Below, one piece after another: positions 39,466 through 54,291 of a stretch of 64,000 bases of DNA (within the stretch, counting starts at the first letter, position 1; every line of letters starts with the position of its first letter). A program made the position numbers and the translations under genes. The DNA lies in contig NC_043019.1 of NCBI RefSeq assembly GCF_006345805.1, positions 16,739,360 to 16,803,359 of the forward strand, written 5' to 3'. This stretch comes from Octopus sinensis. Taxonomy: Eukaryota. The notes below the pieces were generated by a model, which made no database searches, was not told where the DNA came from, and was given only the letters and a program-made list of their open reading frames with translations.

Positions 39466-39683
39466 CCCTTTCATTACCAACCCGGCTGAAACCGGCTCTG
39501 GCTCTGTACTACAAATGTTTTGTTCTCATAAGTTTTAAATTAAAATCTTCCACCAAGCCTTAGTCACACTTTATGTTCCTAACACTATCTTAATAACTAA
39601 GTGATTTTACTAAATTCTTTGTTATGTTTAAAATAATTGAAAGAAACACAGAGCTTCTCAAAATAAATACAGTAACGAAAGGG
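39466..39683. mobile_element. piggyBac-like (TTAA) MITE
   Basis: ccctttcattac / gtaacgaaaggg TIRs with tcaa/ttaa flanks. Siblings at 16872-17093 and 42774-43308 (split). A related TTAA-CCCTTT family occurs at about 14640-14840, 15720-15945 and 42480-42720. Confidence 0.75.
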
Positions 39684-41329
39684 TTAATATAAACCAGTTA
39701 TAACATATAGGTCGACTCAAAGTACCAGCGTATGCATATGCTTTATGAGATATGTAGACCACAATCACTTGATTACATAAAGAGGAGTCGGAGGTGCCGA
39801 TAGCAGAGGAGTCAGAGTCAAAGTTTTTTGTTTCGACTCCACAGCCCTGATCATAATGGAGGATTTTGGTGAGCATTCAGATGGATAGAATTGGAAATGT
39901 ATTTGTGATTGTAGTCAAGGAATTAAAATTGGATACTCTTGGAGATAACTAAGAATGATATGTGCATGCATGTGTGTGTGAGTGTGTGTGTGTGTGTGTG
40001 TGTGCATGTACTTAAGCAGTTTGTTTCCATATCATGTGGTTTCATGTTCAATCCTGCTACGTGGCATTTGGGCAAGTGTTTTCTACTACAGCTATAAGCA
40101 GGCCAAAGCCTCGTAAGTGGACTTGGTGGATAAAAACTGAGAGAAGCCCATTGTATATATCTCTGCGTGGGTGTGCATTTGAGTTAAGTACGGAAGATCC
40201 TGCTATATATTTGGAGGCCTGTGTTGATCACATTGACCACACAACTGCACCATATCCACAAGTTGGTGCAAGCTCCATTTTGTAGAGAACCAGCTGCTGT
40301 CCATACATACAAGTCTCTCTTCTGCAAGTCACCAATGCTGTCCAAAAGAGAAAAAAAAAAAACCCTTTCTTAAAGGGCCAATACAGTTTGGCACCAATAT
40401 TGGTGCAGGTACCACTGTCAGAACCGAAAGAACCAATACAGAAATCACTTGGCATCTCTAATGCACCACCCTAGATTGGTACCTTTTGTTTTTGTGACCC
40501 TGAAAGGATGAAAGGTCAAGCTAACTATGGTAGAATTTGAAACCACAATACCGAGAACCAGAGTAAATACTGCAAAGCATTTTCCTTAGTGTATCTAGGG
40601 GTGGGGTAGAGGTACAGTCTGCCCCAGGCAATGCTTTTTTTTATGGGGGCAGCACTTTAAGGTTTACTGTATAAGCCTGTATAGGCTAGGGGGCTCCCCC
40701 CACCCAATGGACAACTCAGGGTGGGGTGTCAAGAGGCCTCCACTCTTGGTAACACACACCCAATGTGCCGCTGGGCATTCTTTTCAACACTCTCAGAATT
40801 CTGACTATATGCCATGTTATTCTTAGATAATTTTGGGATCAAATTTCCACCATAAAAATAAATATTAATCTAAGAAATATTTATTTAGGATGGAAATTTG
40901 ATCTTTCCATAGAACTGAAAGTCAGGAAATAAATGGCTAAAATACAGATGAAGTATTATATTTGTTCCAGGCAAACAGAGAAAAAAAAATGCCTGGGTTC
41001 ACGAATAACTTTGGGAGTAGAGAGGGAAATAGAGTTTATGAAAAGCAACTTTAATTTCATAATATACGGTTGGAGAAAGGCTTTTTTAATTGGGATTGAA
41101 GTTTTAATAAGTGAAATTGTGGAAATTAGATGTAAACAAACAGCACCCCTCATCATTTCTACTTCTATTCCACTATACTAGTATGGGTTAGGTGGATCCA
41201 TTTCAACACAGGGTCTTTCCATTTGTCTCAGTCCTTTATCATCTCCTCAGAGAGATTTGACTTCATCCCTTCCTCCCTTATCTTTCTTCATCTTCCTCTT
41301 CCTCATACTCCTTCTAATGGCACCATCTG

Positions 41330-41880
41330 TCACTTTTCCATCCAACTATCCTTCTTTATACACATCTCCCCATCATTGTTGTCTCCTCCCCTTGTCTCCA
41401 GCAGATGTCCCTAGTCCTCGTCTCTTCTCTCAGGACACTTAACGACCAGCAAGTTTACCAGAAACCACTCAAAGACCCGTGTCCTCCTTCACAATTGGAA
41501 AGCCATCCCCACCACTGCACATCAGCTCATTTCCTCCTTTCTGTCTCTACAGCCACCAACTCCATCATTCAAATACCCTAATCCCACCCCACCCCCGACC
41601 AGTTCTGCTTCAAACGCTTAAAGCTCATCACTTCCAACCATGTCAACTGTTTCCACTTAGCACTTGTTACTTCTATGAACTCCCCTCTATCTACCCTACA
41701 TCACCTTTAGTTGTTACCTTTATTATATTTCCCCTAATCCTGGCCATACTCAACTAGGAATCTTCTTCACTTCTCACCTCACCTACCATATTTGTCCCCC
41801 CATCATCTCCCAATCCACATCCCCTCCCTCTTACACTCTGCCTTCTACCTACTTCCCTCTATCCCTCTCATCTCCCCTTC
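41330..41880 (+). pseudogene. Possible decayed Penelope-like GIY-YIG endonuclease region
   Basis: Weak residual similarity (F.I..SFS.TS..IV; FHLGT..P..LNS-like end). Similar weak relics at about 49450-49720 and 59600-61000. Confidence 0.35.
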
Positions 41881-42894
41881 TTCTGTACTTTCCATTCAGA
41901 ATACTCTACATCTATATTATGTATAAGTATGGAAGAGAAGTGCACACACACACGCATGTGTGTATGTGTGTGTGTGTGTGTGTATTCCTCAGTACCTGTG
42001 TGTATGTGTACCGGTAAATGATGGAATATATGTGTGTATGTAAGCATTGATGTATGCAGATGTGTGTAAATGTAGACAGAGCTGGGGTCTGTATATATTT
42101 ACCAATTGCAACCCCAGATTAAACATAAATTCTAATATAATACACTAAAATTCCACATTCCACAGAAATTAATTCCAATATTTTCTGCACAGAAAAGAAT
42201 TAAATCATATTTAAGGGATTCTATGAAGGATTTCGTGGAAGGAGTTCTGTTGATGCAGACATTTTATTTAAGCTTCATCCTATAGATACATCATCATCAT
42301 TTAATGCCTGTGTTCCATCCTGGAATGGGTTGGACAATTGGACAAGTTCCAACGCGCCAAAGGACTGCATTTGTACTCCAATGACTGCTTCGGCATGATT
42401 TCTATGGTTGGATGCCTTTTTAACAAGGTTTCTTTAATAAACTCTGAAAGGATAAAATTTTTTCAATGGTTTACAATCCAAGTTATATTTCAAGTAACCC
42501 TTTACTAATTAAACCAACTTCACCCAGCCCAAATATTCTACTTGTCTTACATTCAAACTGGCCAGATCCAGCCTCTCACACCTATCCTACAATGTCATTC
42601 TAAAGATAAACAATCACATCATTGAAATCTCTAAGCTACAAGATAATGCATGATTATTTCAAAACTATGTGAATAAATAAGCATTAAATTGGACAGAGGA
42701 ATCTGACTGCAAAAGGGTTAATCTAATCTTTCCTGTTACTTTCACTTAAATTTTATATTCAAATAATATTTAATCCATCTTTTATGATATTTCTGTCGAG
42801 ATGCTGTGTTTCTTCAAATTGATTTTAAATATAACAAAGAATTTAGTAAAATAACTTAGTTATTAAGCTGGTGTTAGGAACATAAATTGTGACT

Positions 42895-43215
42895 GGCCTC
42901 CGTGCCGGTGGCACGTAAAAGCACCATCTGTTCGTGGCCGTTGCCAGCCTCGCCTGGCCCCCGTGCCAGTGGCACGTAAAAGCACCATCCGTCCGTGGAC
43001 ATTTGCCAGCTCCGTCTGGCACCTGTGCGGGTGGCACGTAAAAAGCACCCACTACACTCACGGAGTGGTTGGCGTTAGAAAGGGCATCCAGCCGTAGAAA
43101 CACTGCCAGATCAGACTGGGCCTGATGCAGCCTTCTGGCTTCACAGACCCCAGTTGAACCGTCCAACCCATGCTAGCATGGAAAGCGGATGCTAAATGAT
43201 GATGATGATGATGAT
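42895..43215 (+). mobile_element. RTE 3'UTR-derived short retrocopy with (GAT)n tail, nested in a MITE
   Basis: Homologous to 8901-9140. Other copies at about 17340, 22430, 27330, 45870, 47270, 53380, 57845. Confidence 0.85.
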
Positions 43216-44736
43216 GTTTGGTGGAAGATTTTAATTCAGAACATTTGAAAACAAAACATTTGCACTACAGAGCCCGAGGCAGTTTCAGCCAGATTGGTAT
43301 CGAAAGGGTTAAATCTCAAAGAGAAAGACTCGTAAATTTATTTCTTTTAAAACGTTCATTTTTTTAAAAGTTGGGTTATGTCTGTTAGAAGCTTTCAATT
43401 AATATAAGAAATCAAGACAGAATTGTCAAAGCAGTGGGCAAAATGCTGAGCAGTATTTCTTCTGACTTGTTCTAAGTTCATATATTCCATTACACTCAAC
43501 TTTGCCTTTCACCTTTTTAGGGTCAATGAAAGTAAAAATGATGTAGTGAGATTGGTGTAATCGGTAAAACCCCCAACTCTCACTAAAAGAGCTGGCCTTG
43601 GGTCAAAATCTGAAATAATCAATATAGCAAAATCTATGATCAGATTAATTACAAATCGAAGATGAAAACTGCCCAAAGTGGGAGTTGATGGTTTTATGAA
43701 CTGACTTCATAACTCTGTATGTGTGATACTACTACTACTACAGGCATAAATAAATAATTAGGTTGTTCTAAATCAAGAATTTTCTATGGCTGTTCTATTT
43801 AAATAACTTCTCTGGGTGCAGCTAGCTTTGTCGCCCACACCTCCTACCTAACCCTTCCTCTCACTTTTCCCTTTAGCCCCTCTCCCCACTGCTTCTAGAT
43901 CCCATGTCCAAATTCCTAGTTTCCTCCCACTCCATTCCCAATGTACACCCTACAATGATGTCACCACAAGCAAGTAGGACGAAAGAAGGGCAGCTCAAGG
44001 GATGGTCTGACAATATGAGAAGCTGTGACACCAAAATACCTGAAACATTTCTGTGCAGTGTTTCACTGGATAATTTAATATCTCTTTTTGCTTTTGAAAG
44101 AAAAAGAAAATGCCTCTGGGTTGCTCTGAGCAACATTGCCAAAACTTAACATTTCATCTCCAAAGCATTGCTGTTTCATTGTCCATCGATGATAAGAGAC
44201 AATAACGGCCACCTCCAGAAAACTTTAGAGAACAAAAAATTGGGGAAAATAAATAAAAGAAATATTTGTCATTTAATTGTCATCTCTCAAACATTCCTTA
44301 CTCCCCCAGATACAGCTTGTGAATGTCCCTTGGACTTTTGTTTTCTGTGTCCACATTCCTTTACACATATGAGACAGACAGACAGAAACAAAGAAGATAT
44401 ATATATATATATCTGCATACATACAACAGCATGGAATTTTGTCAGTGAACAGGTTGTGGTTTCAAAGCGACAAAAATATTCTGACAAATTAAATTTAAAT
44501 GTTGAAGTGAACCTAATGTTTTTTGTGTGTTTTTAAATGGCTTGTTTCAGCACACGATCTCAGATCAAGTCACTTGCTATGCAAATATATCTCTGTAATA
44601 TATATATATAAATATATAAAAATCTTTTTCCTTCCTTCCTGCCTTGCCCCTCTCTCTCTCTCCCCCTATCTATCTATCCATATATCTATCTATCCATATA
44701 TCTATCTATCTATCTATATATATATATATATATCTA

Positions 44737-45521
44737 TCTATATATATATATATAAAACTGAGAATGTGTGTCTGTCTGCTGTCTGTCTGTGTGAATCCCT
44801 AAAACTTGAGAACTACACAACCAATTTCATTTTAACTTTTTGCCTAGGGCAAGCCCACACCAATATCATATCTTCTCCACTACGATGCCCTAAAACTTGA
44901 GAACTGCACAACCAATTTCATTCAAATTTTACACATGCCTTACTTAGGGTCCATGTAGTTTCATGGGCAAAAAAATGTTCAACTTTTTGCCTAGAGCGAG
45001 CCCATAGCAATATCATATCTTCTCCACTATTTCAGTATTACGTGTTAAAAGTGAAACAAAAATATTTCTCTATTTTATGTCAGATAATTGAATTATATGT
45101 AGTAAGTAATAATTAAAATCAAACTAAAGTATAATATAATCGTAACATAACAAAAGTAAAAATAGCAATTGGTATAAAATTGCATCAAGGATTTGAACTT
45201 GAATAAGTGGTTTCACATGAATGGGAATAAATTAACAATAAAATTAGCGTGCAGAAATGGAATAGTCCAGATGGATAATAAAAAATTAAATTAAAGAAAA
45301 GACTATTGTCTATAAAGTATACAATGTAGAGAAAAAAGAAGAGCTAACAATTCCAGTCTGTTATATATTTTGAGTATTGTTATCACTAGTGATATCAAGA
45401 TATAACTTTGTATTTTGCATTTTATGTGTAGATGTATATATATATAGATGTACATGTAATATGTACACATATATACATGCACTAGCACTATGACCCGGCA
45501 ACGACGGGTCTTTAATGCTAG
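44737..45521 (+). mobile_element. Non-autonomous Helitron-like element
   Basis: 5' TC(ta)n aaaactg start, internal tandem duplication (about 44797 and 44888), 3' hairpin gacccg-7nt-cgggtc (45492-45510) followed by CTAG|t. Continuity of the middle part is uncertain. Confidence 0.55.
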
Positions 45522-47689
45522 TATATATATATATATATATATCAGGAATGCAGATACAAAAAAAATCCAAAAGTACAAGGGACATTCACAAGCTGTATGT
45601 GTGGGGACAAGGAATGTTTGGCATTGGTTAGGCTCCACTGGCCTCATAGCATTGTTGTTCTTGTCTGCAAACAAATATTGGTAATTGAACAGATACAGAA
45701 AGAGTTTAGTACAGAATGAGGGACAAGTAATTTGCAGAATTGAAACAAAAAGGAGCTCAATGAAAATAACTTAAAAGTAGCCTGCAGGACAATAAAAGTT
45801 CAATGGTGGTATGGCACGACTGGCATGATTAAAAAAGCATGTTTCAGGCCAAGTGAGATCATGGTCGTGGGTGATGCCAGTGTTGTGAAACTGGCACCTG
45901 TGATGGTGGCACATAAAAAGCACTGCTTGAATGTTGGGCTGCATCAAAGCAGTGACAAGTGATGAAGAGCTTTGGCGATCTACCATGCTTTGAGAAGACC
46001 TGTGAAAGCAAGTGAGATTGTAGTGGTGGCTGACACTGTGTTCTGTAAGTGGCACCTGTGCTGGTGGCATGTAAGAGGCACCCACTAGACTCTTGGAGTG
46101 ACTGGCATCATTAGGAAGGGCATCCAGCTGTAGAAATTGTGCCAAATCAGATTACCAGTTTTCAGTCCAACCATCCGACTCATGCCAGCATGGAAAAAAG
46201 GACGTTAAATGATGATGATGAAGATGATGTCAGCCTTAATCTGGTGTCATAAATATAGCAATAGTCTATCTGAGAGACAGAGAGAGAGAGACAAGAGGAG
46301 AGATATGAACGAGGACATGAGAGATGTGATACATAATTATGATTTTGAACAATTTAATTTAATTTCTTGAAAACAGCAGCTCATAATATGAAATTTTTTG
46401 TGAGGGATTGTGTTCTTCAAACTTTTAAAATAAAGTAATTTTATTATTTATACAAGTATGGAAAAGTGGAAATTAAAACAATGATGGATGGATATAATAT
46501 GTATGTATGTGTGTGTATGTATATATATCTATATATATATATATATATATATATCACTCTCATTAGTCTCAAGATATGTTTGAGTGAATGGGTACATATA
46601 TAGGAGATGCATGAAGTAGAAAATATTCAAAACAGTTTGCATTGTAACACAGACTTCTATTAACCATTTGAAGCACACACACTCCCAAATATTTACCTCT
46701 TTGTAATACTATATATGTTATTAACTATCAAAGTCTTGTCATTGATACAGTGAGACAAACTATCAGTGAGCAAATCTGGAATACAAACAATAGCTGGTCA
46801 CTTTATACACAAACACTATTGCATGATAGAGAAAAAAAAAAGAGGAATAAATATGATTCTTCTCTGATGTCATCATCATCATCATCATCAACTATTAAAT
46901 GTCAACACAGCTTCTCAGATGAAGTTACTTCCCAAAGTAGGGCAACAATCCTTGTTTCAAATCTAGGAGTGTCTGGTCATTGAGCCACAGTGGACTCGTT
47001 TCCAACAGGTCATAATATGAGGAGTTGATGAAGTAAGCAGAAGAGATAAGATCCAACAACAAGGGATTCCCCACAGTCTCATGGAACATGACTGATGGGG
47101 GGGGGGACCCCAGAAGGAACACCAATTACTGACATCTTAATAATAAAAGTAAAGAAAAGATGCAGGAAGCACAATAGGATATGGCCCCACGGAGAAGGGC
47201 AAAGAGGAAACCAGAAAAAGCAGTGAAGTGAAATGACACTTGGGGCCAACAGGAGAGAGAAGTGGTTTGTGTGTAGCAATTGAGGTTAATTACAGCACAG
47301 GTGCATTTTATGTGGCACCAGTACAGGTGCTTGTTACATAAGTACCAGCAAAGGTACTTTTCACATGGCATTATTAGCACGGGTGTTTTTTATGCGACCC
47401 CACTGGTGCTGGTGCCACTTAAAAAGCACCCAGTCCACACTGTAAAGTGGTTGGCATTAGGAAGGGCATCCAGTTGTAGAAACCAAGCCAAATGAAACTG
47501 GAACCTGGTGCAGCTCTCCAACTTGCTAGCTCTGGTCAAACTGTCCAATCCATGCCAGCATGGAAAAACGGATGTTAAAGGATGATGATGCTGATCATTA
47601 GTAATGAGTGAAGAACCAACCAGACAGACATAGCTGAACTCTTTTAACTTCAGCTGAGAGAGACTTGATACCCTTTGGCAGATCATCAA

Positions 47690-48960
47690 TGATTGATGAT
47701 GAGATCAAAATTGAGGAAGTCACCTGAAGAACAAGGCAACGGGATTAGACAAGATGAATGAGGGACTGAGGATAAACAAAGAGGAGATGTCACCAGAGAA
47801 TAGTTTGGCCATCTTTGTAGTTTAATATGAAACAAAGAGGAAGCCATTGAGGTGTGGGGTGAGAGAGTGATAACAACCTTGCTCAAGAAGGGAGTTCTAA
47901 GCAACTGCAACAAATGGCATGGAATAACAGTGTTCTTTAGTGTCCTTACCACCTGATGAAGATTTTTGATGAGTATTTATGAGGGGAACAGGCAGGATGC
48001 AGGAGCAGAAGTTCATGTATTAAACAAATCATCAAGTTATGCAACATTATCAAACTGGGTGATCAATTCTTGCAAATGCCACTCTTGGAGGACTTCATTG
48101 AGAAAAGGTCTTTGACAGAATGCACAAGAAATCTTTATGGAAGACCAGTGAGCTGTAAAGGAGTGGCCAGCCATTACATCAACATCATATGATTCAGAGA
48201 ACATGCTGCTGAGTCAGAAAGATAGGAACAGAGAGAGACTCAAGAGGAGTGAATTAGGGATGTGTATGGTCCCCTTTTCTTATTCCTGGAAGTAATAAAT
48301 TTCATCATAAGATGGTGGTGGTGATGAAGGGACAGTATTAAGTGGAGACATGGTAAACTCTCAGACCTTGATTTCATCAATGACATGACAGTCCTAAGAA
48401 GAACATAAATGGTAATACAAGACATGATGACTGCCAGACTCTCAGCAACAGTAATTCTTGGGATCAGCAATGAAAAACACGAAAGCAATCATTATTGGGG
48501 AGGCACAGCAGCAACCAGTGTCAGACACTGGAAATCATTGATTCATTCATATTACTTGGGCTCAGGCCATTGTTTGAATATCACTAATGATAAAAACTCA
48601 GAAAGTGATGTAGTGAAGAGACTTGACAAAGCTGTAGTTGTCTTCCTACACTTGAAACCCGTTTGGTCCAATTCCTTGATCAACCAAGGCACCAAACTTT
48701 GCCGATATTTGCCACTCAGTGCAGCAGTGGCAGTAAGACATGGGAAACTCTTGATGCCTTCCAATGATGTTGCTTTGGGACTTACAAAGAATTTCTTGGC
48801 ACAACTTCATCATGAACGAAGGAAGTCATGGAATGGTCCCGGGTGGGTAAACTACTGGATGCCTTCACCAGAAAATGCATGGCCTTGTGCTATGCATATC
48901 CACAAAGAGATTAGTGAGAGCTTCTCTTAAGTGGAAGCCACGGATGGAAGTGTAGAAGGT
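47690..48960 (+). pseudogene. Heavily decayed RTE-like LINE RT fragment
   Basis: CNKWHGIT.. resembles C.NWRGITLLS; downstream frameshifted RT-like segments. Confidence 0.5.
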
Positions 48961-51539
48961 GAGGTAAACCAGACAAGACCTTGTTGGAACTGTTGAGGAG
49001 GATCTAGCAAATGTGGAGAGTCTGACCTGAAAAAAATGTTGGGACAGAGATTATCACCAAATTGGGGGGGAGATCCCTCATTGCTCAGTCCTCCCTGGGA
49101 GAGACAGGAGAAAATAAATTAAGTGAAGCTTAACATCTTTAACAGCTTCTACAGGAAATACCTTCCTATTCTTTTGTTATTTTATTTTATTTTTATTTAT
49201 AGTCTGAGAGTAGGGGGTGTGCTTGTGGCCATTCTATAACCTCCAAGTCTAGAGAGCTCAACAATTAAAATTCATCTTCAACAGCTGCAGGTAAAACATA
49301 TTCAAAGAGGAAACTAAAGAATTCAGTAAAACCTAACACCACTTAAAGTAAGACCACACATAAACTAATGGACTTTATTCCAGGAATATAACACAAAGAA
49401 CGGTTCAGTTTTGGGCAATACGATACTGTTAATAGTTTATTCAAAATAAACAATTCTAAAATATAAACTATACGTGTCTCGGTGAGCTTTTAAAAACCTT
49501 TCCTTTCATGGTGAAAGCAAATTAGGCAATTCTCTCGAATATAAAACAGTTGCCTATCTTCAGTAACATCTCTGGAAGATCTGACAAATATTCTTAGCAA
49601 CTGAATAGATGGACTGAGGCACAAGAATTCTGGGTACTGCACAAAATACACGACAACACACTGGGAATTGGTGGGGGTTGAACTGAAGAGATTACAGCTC
49701 AATACTTTATCCATTTGATCATTTCACTTTTACGGTAAAGGGACAAACAGACAGAATATCTATTTAAAATGCTAAAAATAATTGATACAAGTTTCCAAAG
49801 GGAGGTTCAAGAGCAAATCAAATAAATGAAGAAGTCTGAATCCAGAGAAATACTTTCTCAACCTTTTTGTTTCAATTAATTTCGTTGAAATAATCTGCCT
49901 CAGTTCCAATCAATGAAGAATTAATTAATTAATTGGTGGAAGGTTTTAGTTTGGACCATTCTAAAACAGTGAATCTGTATCACAGGACTGGAAGGGGGAG
50001 GGGGCGGTGAGACAGGTTGATGTCAAAAGGGTTAACGTGTTCCTCTGAAAGCCTGCTGGGCGTCGCCGGTATTTTGCGTGATTTCAACTCGAAATGGGAA
50101 GTTTAAAAAAGGAAAGGCAAGGGAGGCAATCCTGTAGAGAAGCGTTCTGGAAGAATGACGTTGTGAGACGGTTTGGAGGAATTCTAGAAAGAAGAGACAC
50201 AGAAAGAAGGGACGATGGGAGAAACAAAGAAAGAATGGCGAGAGTGAGACAAAGAAGAAGTTCATCAAATGCTTCTTGGTGCAGTTGATAGATTGAGAGG
50301 AGGATCAATAGCGGATTGAAGATGAGGGAGACATCCCTCTTACAGAAAGCCATACAGGGCAGTATGGCAGATTCACTAATTATTCTAACTGGGGGAAGCC
50401 ACCTGTGGTAGGACATACTGTATTTTCTGGCACACAAGTCGAATTTTTCAGACCAAAATTTACAGCTAAAAAAGTAAGTCATCTTGTACGTCAAGACAAC
50501 TTTGGACGACCAAACATTGCCTGTGAAATGCTGCTGGATTTGGAAAGATAGAAACGATGGTTGAATGTTTACACACCATCTTTACACTAAATACTATGTT
50601 GACTTGTACGCCAGAGAATACAGAATATATTTTAAAGATGTTAACAGCTCTCCACGATTGAAAGAGTTTCGGGATTTGTACATTGTGATGTCTTGGTTGT
50701 TAAATACGGCTTGGTTTAGCATGTGAAAACTATAATGGTCTGTGTATTGTTCAAGGAGTGCAGAGAGGTGTATGTAAATGTCTGGGATTTGGTAAATTCG
50801 TTGGTCCAAAAACATTTTGGGTGAAAAGCAAATCATTTCATAAAGATATTCACAGAAAAACAAATCAAAAGATATTAAAAAAAACTAATTGCCTGAAACA
50901 AGTTGATTGAAAATATATTAACATGAAAAAGATCGAGAGACATATTTACAATGACTAATTTTTTTTGTAAATATTGTATTTTTAAAATGATAATTGTTTT
51001 TTAAATAAAATATGTTTTCAATATATTTTCAGACTGTTTTTATATGAGAAAAGAAATAACCACAAAGATGGAAACAGCAATTCTATTCAAGATTATATGC
51101 CATAAAACCTTGAAGAATATCCAAGATGTCTTTATTTGCATATTTTAGTTAAGGAGGGTGGGAAGAAGCAAGTATACAGATGTTAGAGTGTATTTGTGTC
51201 TAGAAGTGGGTTTGTGGGGGTAGTGTTTGTATGTGTATAGGGGTGTGCAAGTGTGGAAGTATAGTGATGCTGGTGGTGTGAAAGTGTGTGTGTGTGTGTT
51301 AGGGAACAAAGGGATTCATGAAGTAAATGGGATGTGAATGCAAGTATCTAACAAAAAGCATGTCTGGGTGGGAAACATTTTTTTAACAAAGAGGAACAGT
51401 CTAAACTATAAATTGAAAATGCTTGCAGTCTATGAAGAGAAATCAGAAAAATTACTAAAAATACTTATCAATGGTAAAAAGAAATGAAAAAAAAATTAAG
51501 AAGAGTCTTGAGAAAAATGTTAAGTGTCCAAAAAACTGG

Positions 51540-52400
51540 TATAATCCTTTAATCCATGAAGGAGATAAAATAACTAAGATGAAGTGAAAATCCAGATGTT
51601 AAGCAAGTAGCCAGCCCAGGGAATAAATTTTGCAAACTTATTCTTTTCCAAAATTTTCTGTTGATCGCCATTATACTTTCCAGCCATTTTAGCTGCATTG
51701 TCACATGACTGACCCCTGCAATTACTGAAATCAATTTCAATTTCTTCAAAGAAGTTCAGTTATCACTTTGGCCATTTTGCTTCCCCTGTGTGATTCTTCA
51801 GTTCAATAAATGTCAAAAATAATTCAACTGGGATCCCACCAAGGGGAGAAACATATCTAACAATTACAATGAACTGATCAACATTGGAAACATCAGGCGT
51901 TGGATCAATCGATATCCTGCTTCTTTGATTCCTTCAAGACCTTTTTTAGCCATTAGCTGGATAACCTCTTCACATATAGCTTTGGAATGGCCAGATCCTT
52001 TATTTCTATACTGATTTATGTGGGTACATAAGAAGGGGGTCAAATTTGGCAATCAATTCCAGCAAACTGAGAAAGTTTCCGTTATTTGGTGAGCTGAAGG
52101 TTTCCTCATATCTTCGAAAAGCCAATCCACATTCTGTCAACAGAGAAAGTCCCTGCCATTGCCCAGTATTCCGGTTCTGCTTTGATTTGTTCATCAAGAT
52201 TTGCTGTAAGCGTCTGACCAGGTTTTCTTGTTAAGTACAGAGGTTAATTAAATTTCAGTGAAGCCTAACTATCTCCATACTTGCCAGACATTACGAGAAT
52301 CCTTACAGTGATGTACAACAATGATCCTCACAGTATTAACCCATAAAGCCCTGGGATTTGCACTCACATAGCATGGACTGCTGAGCACATCTTATGAAAA
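51540..52400 (-). pseudogene. Decayed hAT (ZMYM1-like/DUF4371) transposase
   Basis: GLAFR..E.F.SPNNGNFL.LLELIAKFDPLL; GSGHSKAICEEVIQLMAKK..E.IKEAGY, with multiple frameshifts. Confidence 0.75.
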
Positions 52401-54256
52401 TGAGACTACCATTAACACATAAAAAACCAAAAAATAGTCAAAATATCTTCTTAGTATAAAATGGTGGCAAGTTTTACATCATCTGAAAAGTCACTAGTTC
52501 GACTATTAGTCCTCTTGCATTTGCGGGGGGAGGGGGGAATCAGAGCATTCGAGTGACATTAGACCCATCCCCCAGCAGATGCCTATAAATTAAATGCATC
52601 TATCCGGGCCACAATCATGGCTTGTCACACTTAATACGTTAACAATCTACAATAATGAATACACAGAGAGATGTAAATAATTATCTTAATGAGTGAGGAA
52701 AATCAGAGTTGAAACTGATTGCTATTGGCTGATTGTGGATGGGTAATTCTCTCTCAGAGTCATTATGATAATGGTTTTTAAACCTACTTATATCATTATA
52801 CATGAATATAGACATTTCCTTATCACTAATCTAATAAGCATGAAGAAAGCCATCATCCATATCTGCCAAGATCAGATTACATTACTCTATGCCCTTAAGC
52901 TAATGTTCTCTTCTCTTCACCAGGATTTAAATTTACATTTTGTTTAATGTCTCTAAATTAACAAAGCCATAACAAAGTCAATAGTCTAGAAAGATCAAAT
53001 TGTTATTATTAAAAAGTAATATTCTCTTTTACTTGCTTCAGTCATCAGACTGTGGCCATGCTGGAGCACCGCCTTGATAGTGTTTGTTTTCTGAAGATCT
53101 GTCAGGTCTGAACTTTGGCACCATCATTGGAAATGAAGAAGTCATGTGGTCTAGTGATTAAGTGTGTTGCCCTCACAATCACAAGATCAAGGATCCGATG
53201 CCTGGACTGGGAAGGTGTGTTGTGTGCTTGAGCAAAACTTTGCTCAGCTGCAAACGAGCAACCCTGCAATGGACTGGCATCCCATCCAGGGAGAATGGTG
53301 TGATCTCATTTACAATTACCACAGGATGTCAAAACAAACCCACACCCACAACTATGCACAAATATATATTTTACATAGTGACCCTGCCAGTGTTAGTGTC
53401 ATGCAAAAAGTACCCAGTTCACAAGTGGTTGGCATTTGGAAGGGCATACAGCTGTCAAAACCTTGCCAAAACTAACCTTGCCTGTATCAGTGCCACATAA
53501 AAAGTACTGGGTCCACTCTGCAGAATGGTTAGTGTTAGGAAGGGCATCCAGCCATAAAAACCCCACCAAAAGAGACAGTAGCCTAGGGTAATTTTCCTAC
53601 CTGGCCAGCTCCTATCAACCGTCCTACCCATGCGTGCATGGAAGATGGACATTAAACAATGATGGTGATGATAGGGGCAGGTGTGGTTCTATGGATAAGA
53701 AGTCAGCTTCCCAACCAAATGGTTTCGGGTTCAGTTCCACTACATGACACCTTGGGCAATTATCTTCTACAATAGACCCAGATCAATCAAAGCTTCATGA
53801 ATGGACTTGGTACATGGAAACAGAAAGAAGCCATCATTTAAAGCCTGTTTTCTATGCTGGCATGGGTTGATCAGTTTGACAAGATGCAGGGAGCCCCAGG
53901 GGCTTGTTAAGCTTCAATGTCTGCCTTAGTAGTTTCTACAGTTTGATTCCCTTCCAAATGCCATCCACTTTACAGTGTGTACAGGGTGCTTTTCTCATAC
54001 CCGCAGGAAATGAGTGTGTGTGTGTTACTTTGTCTTGATGTAGTGTAATAGTTGTAAACAAGTGTCACCATTATGCATGCGGTGTCCTTTATTTCCAGTC
54101 TTCCATGAAAACATGTCTGGCCATGGAGGGGAAATATCATCTTATCTGGAAGCAAGTGAGGGTTGGCAACAGAAAGCGCATCCAGCTATAGAAAAATCTG
54201 CCTCAACAAATTCTGTCTGACCCACGAAAGCAGGGCAAAGTGGATGTTCAAACAAT

Positions 54257-54291
<35 letters not shown>

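Noticed and set aside
50030-50410. Possible piggyBac transposase N-terminus
   Set aside because: No recognisable catalytic motif and no matching second end.
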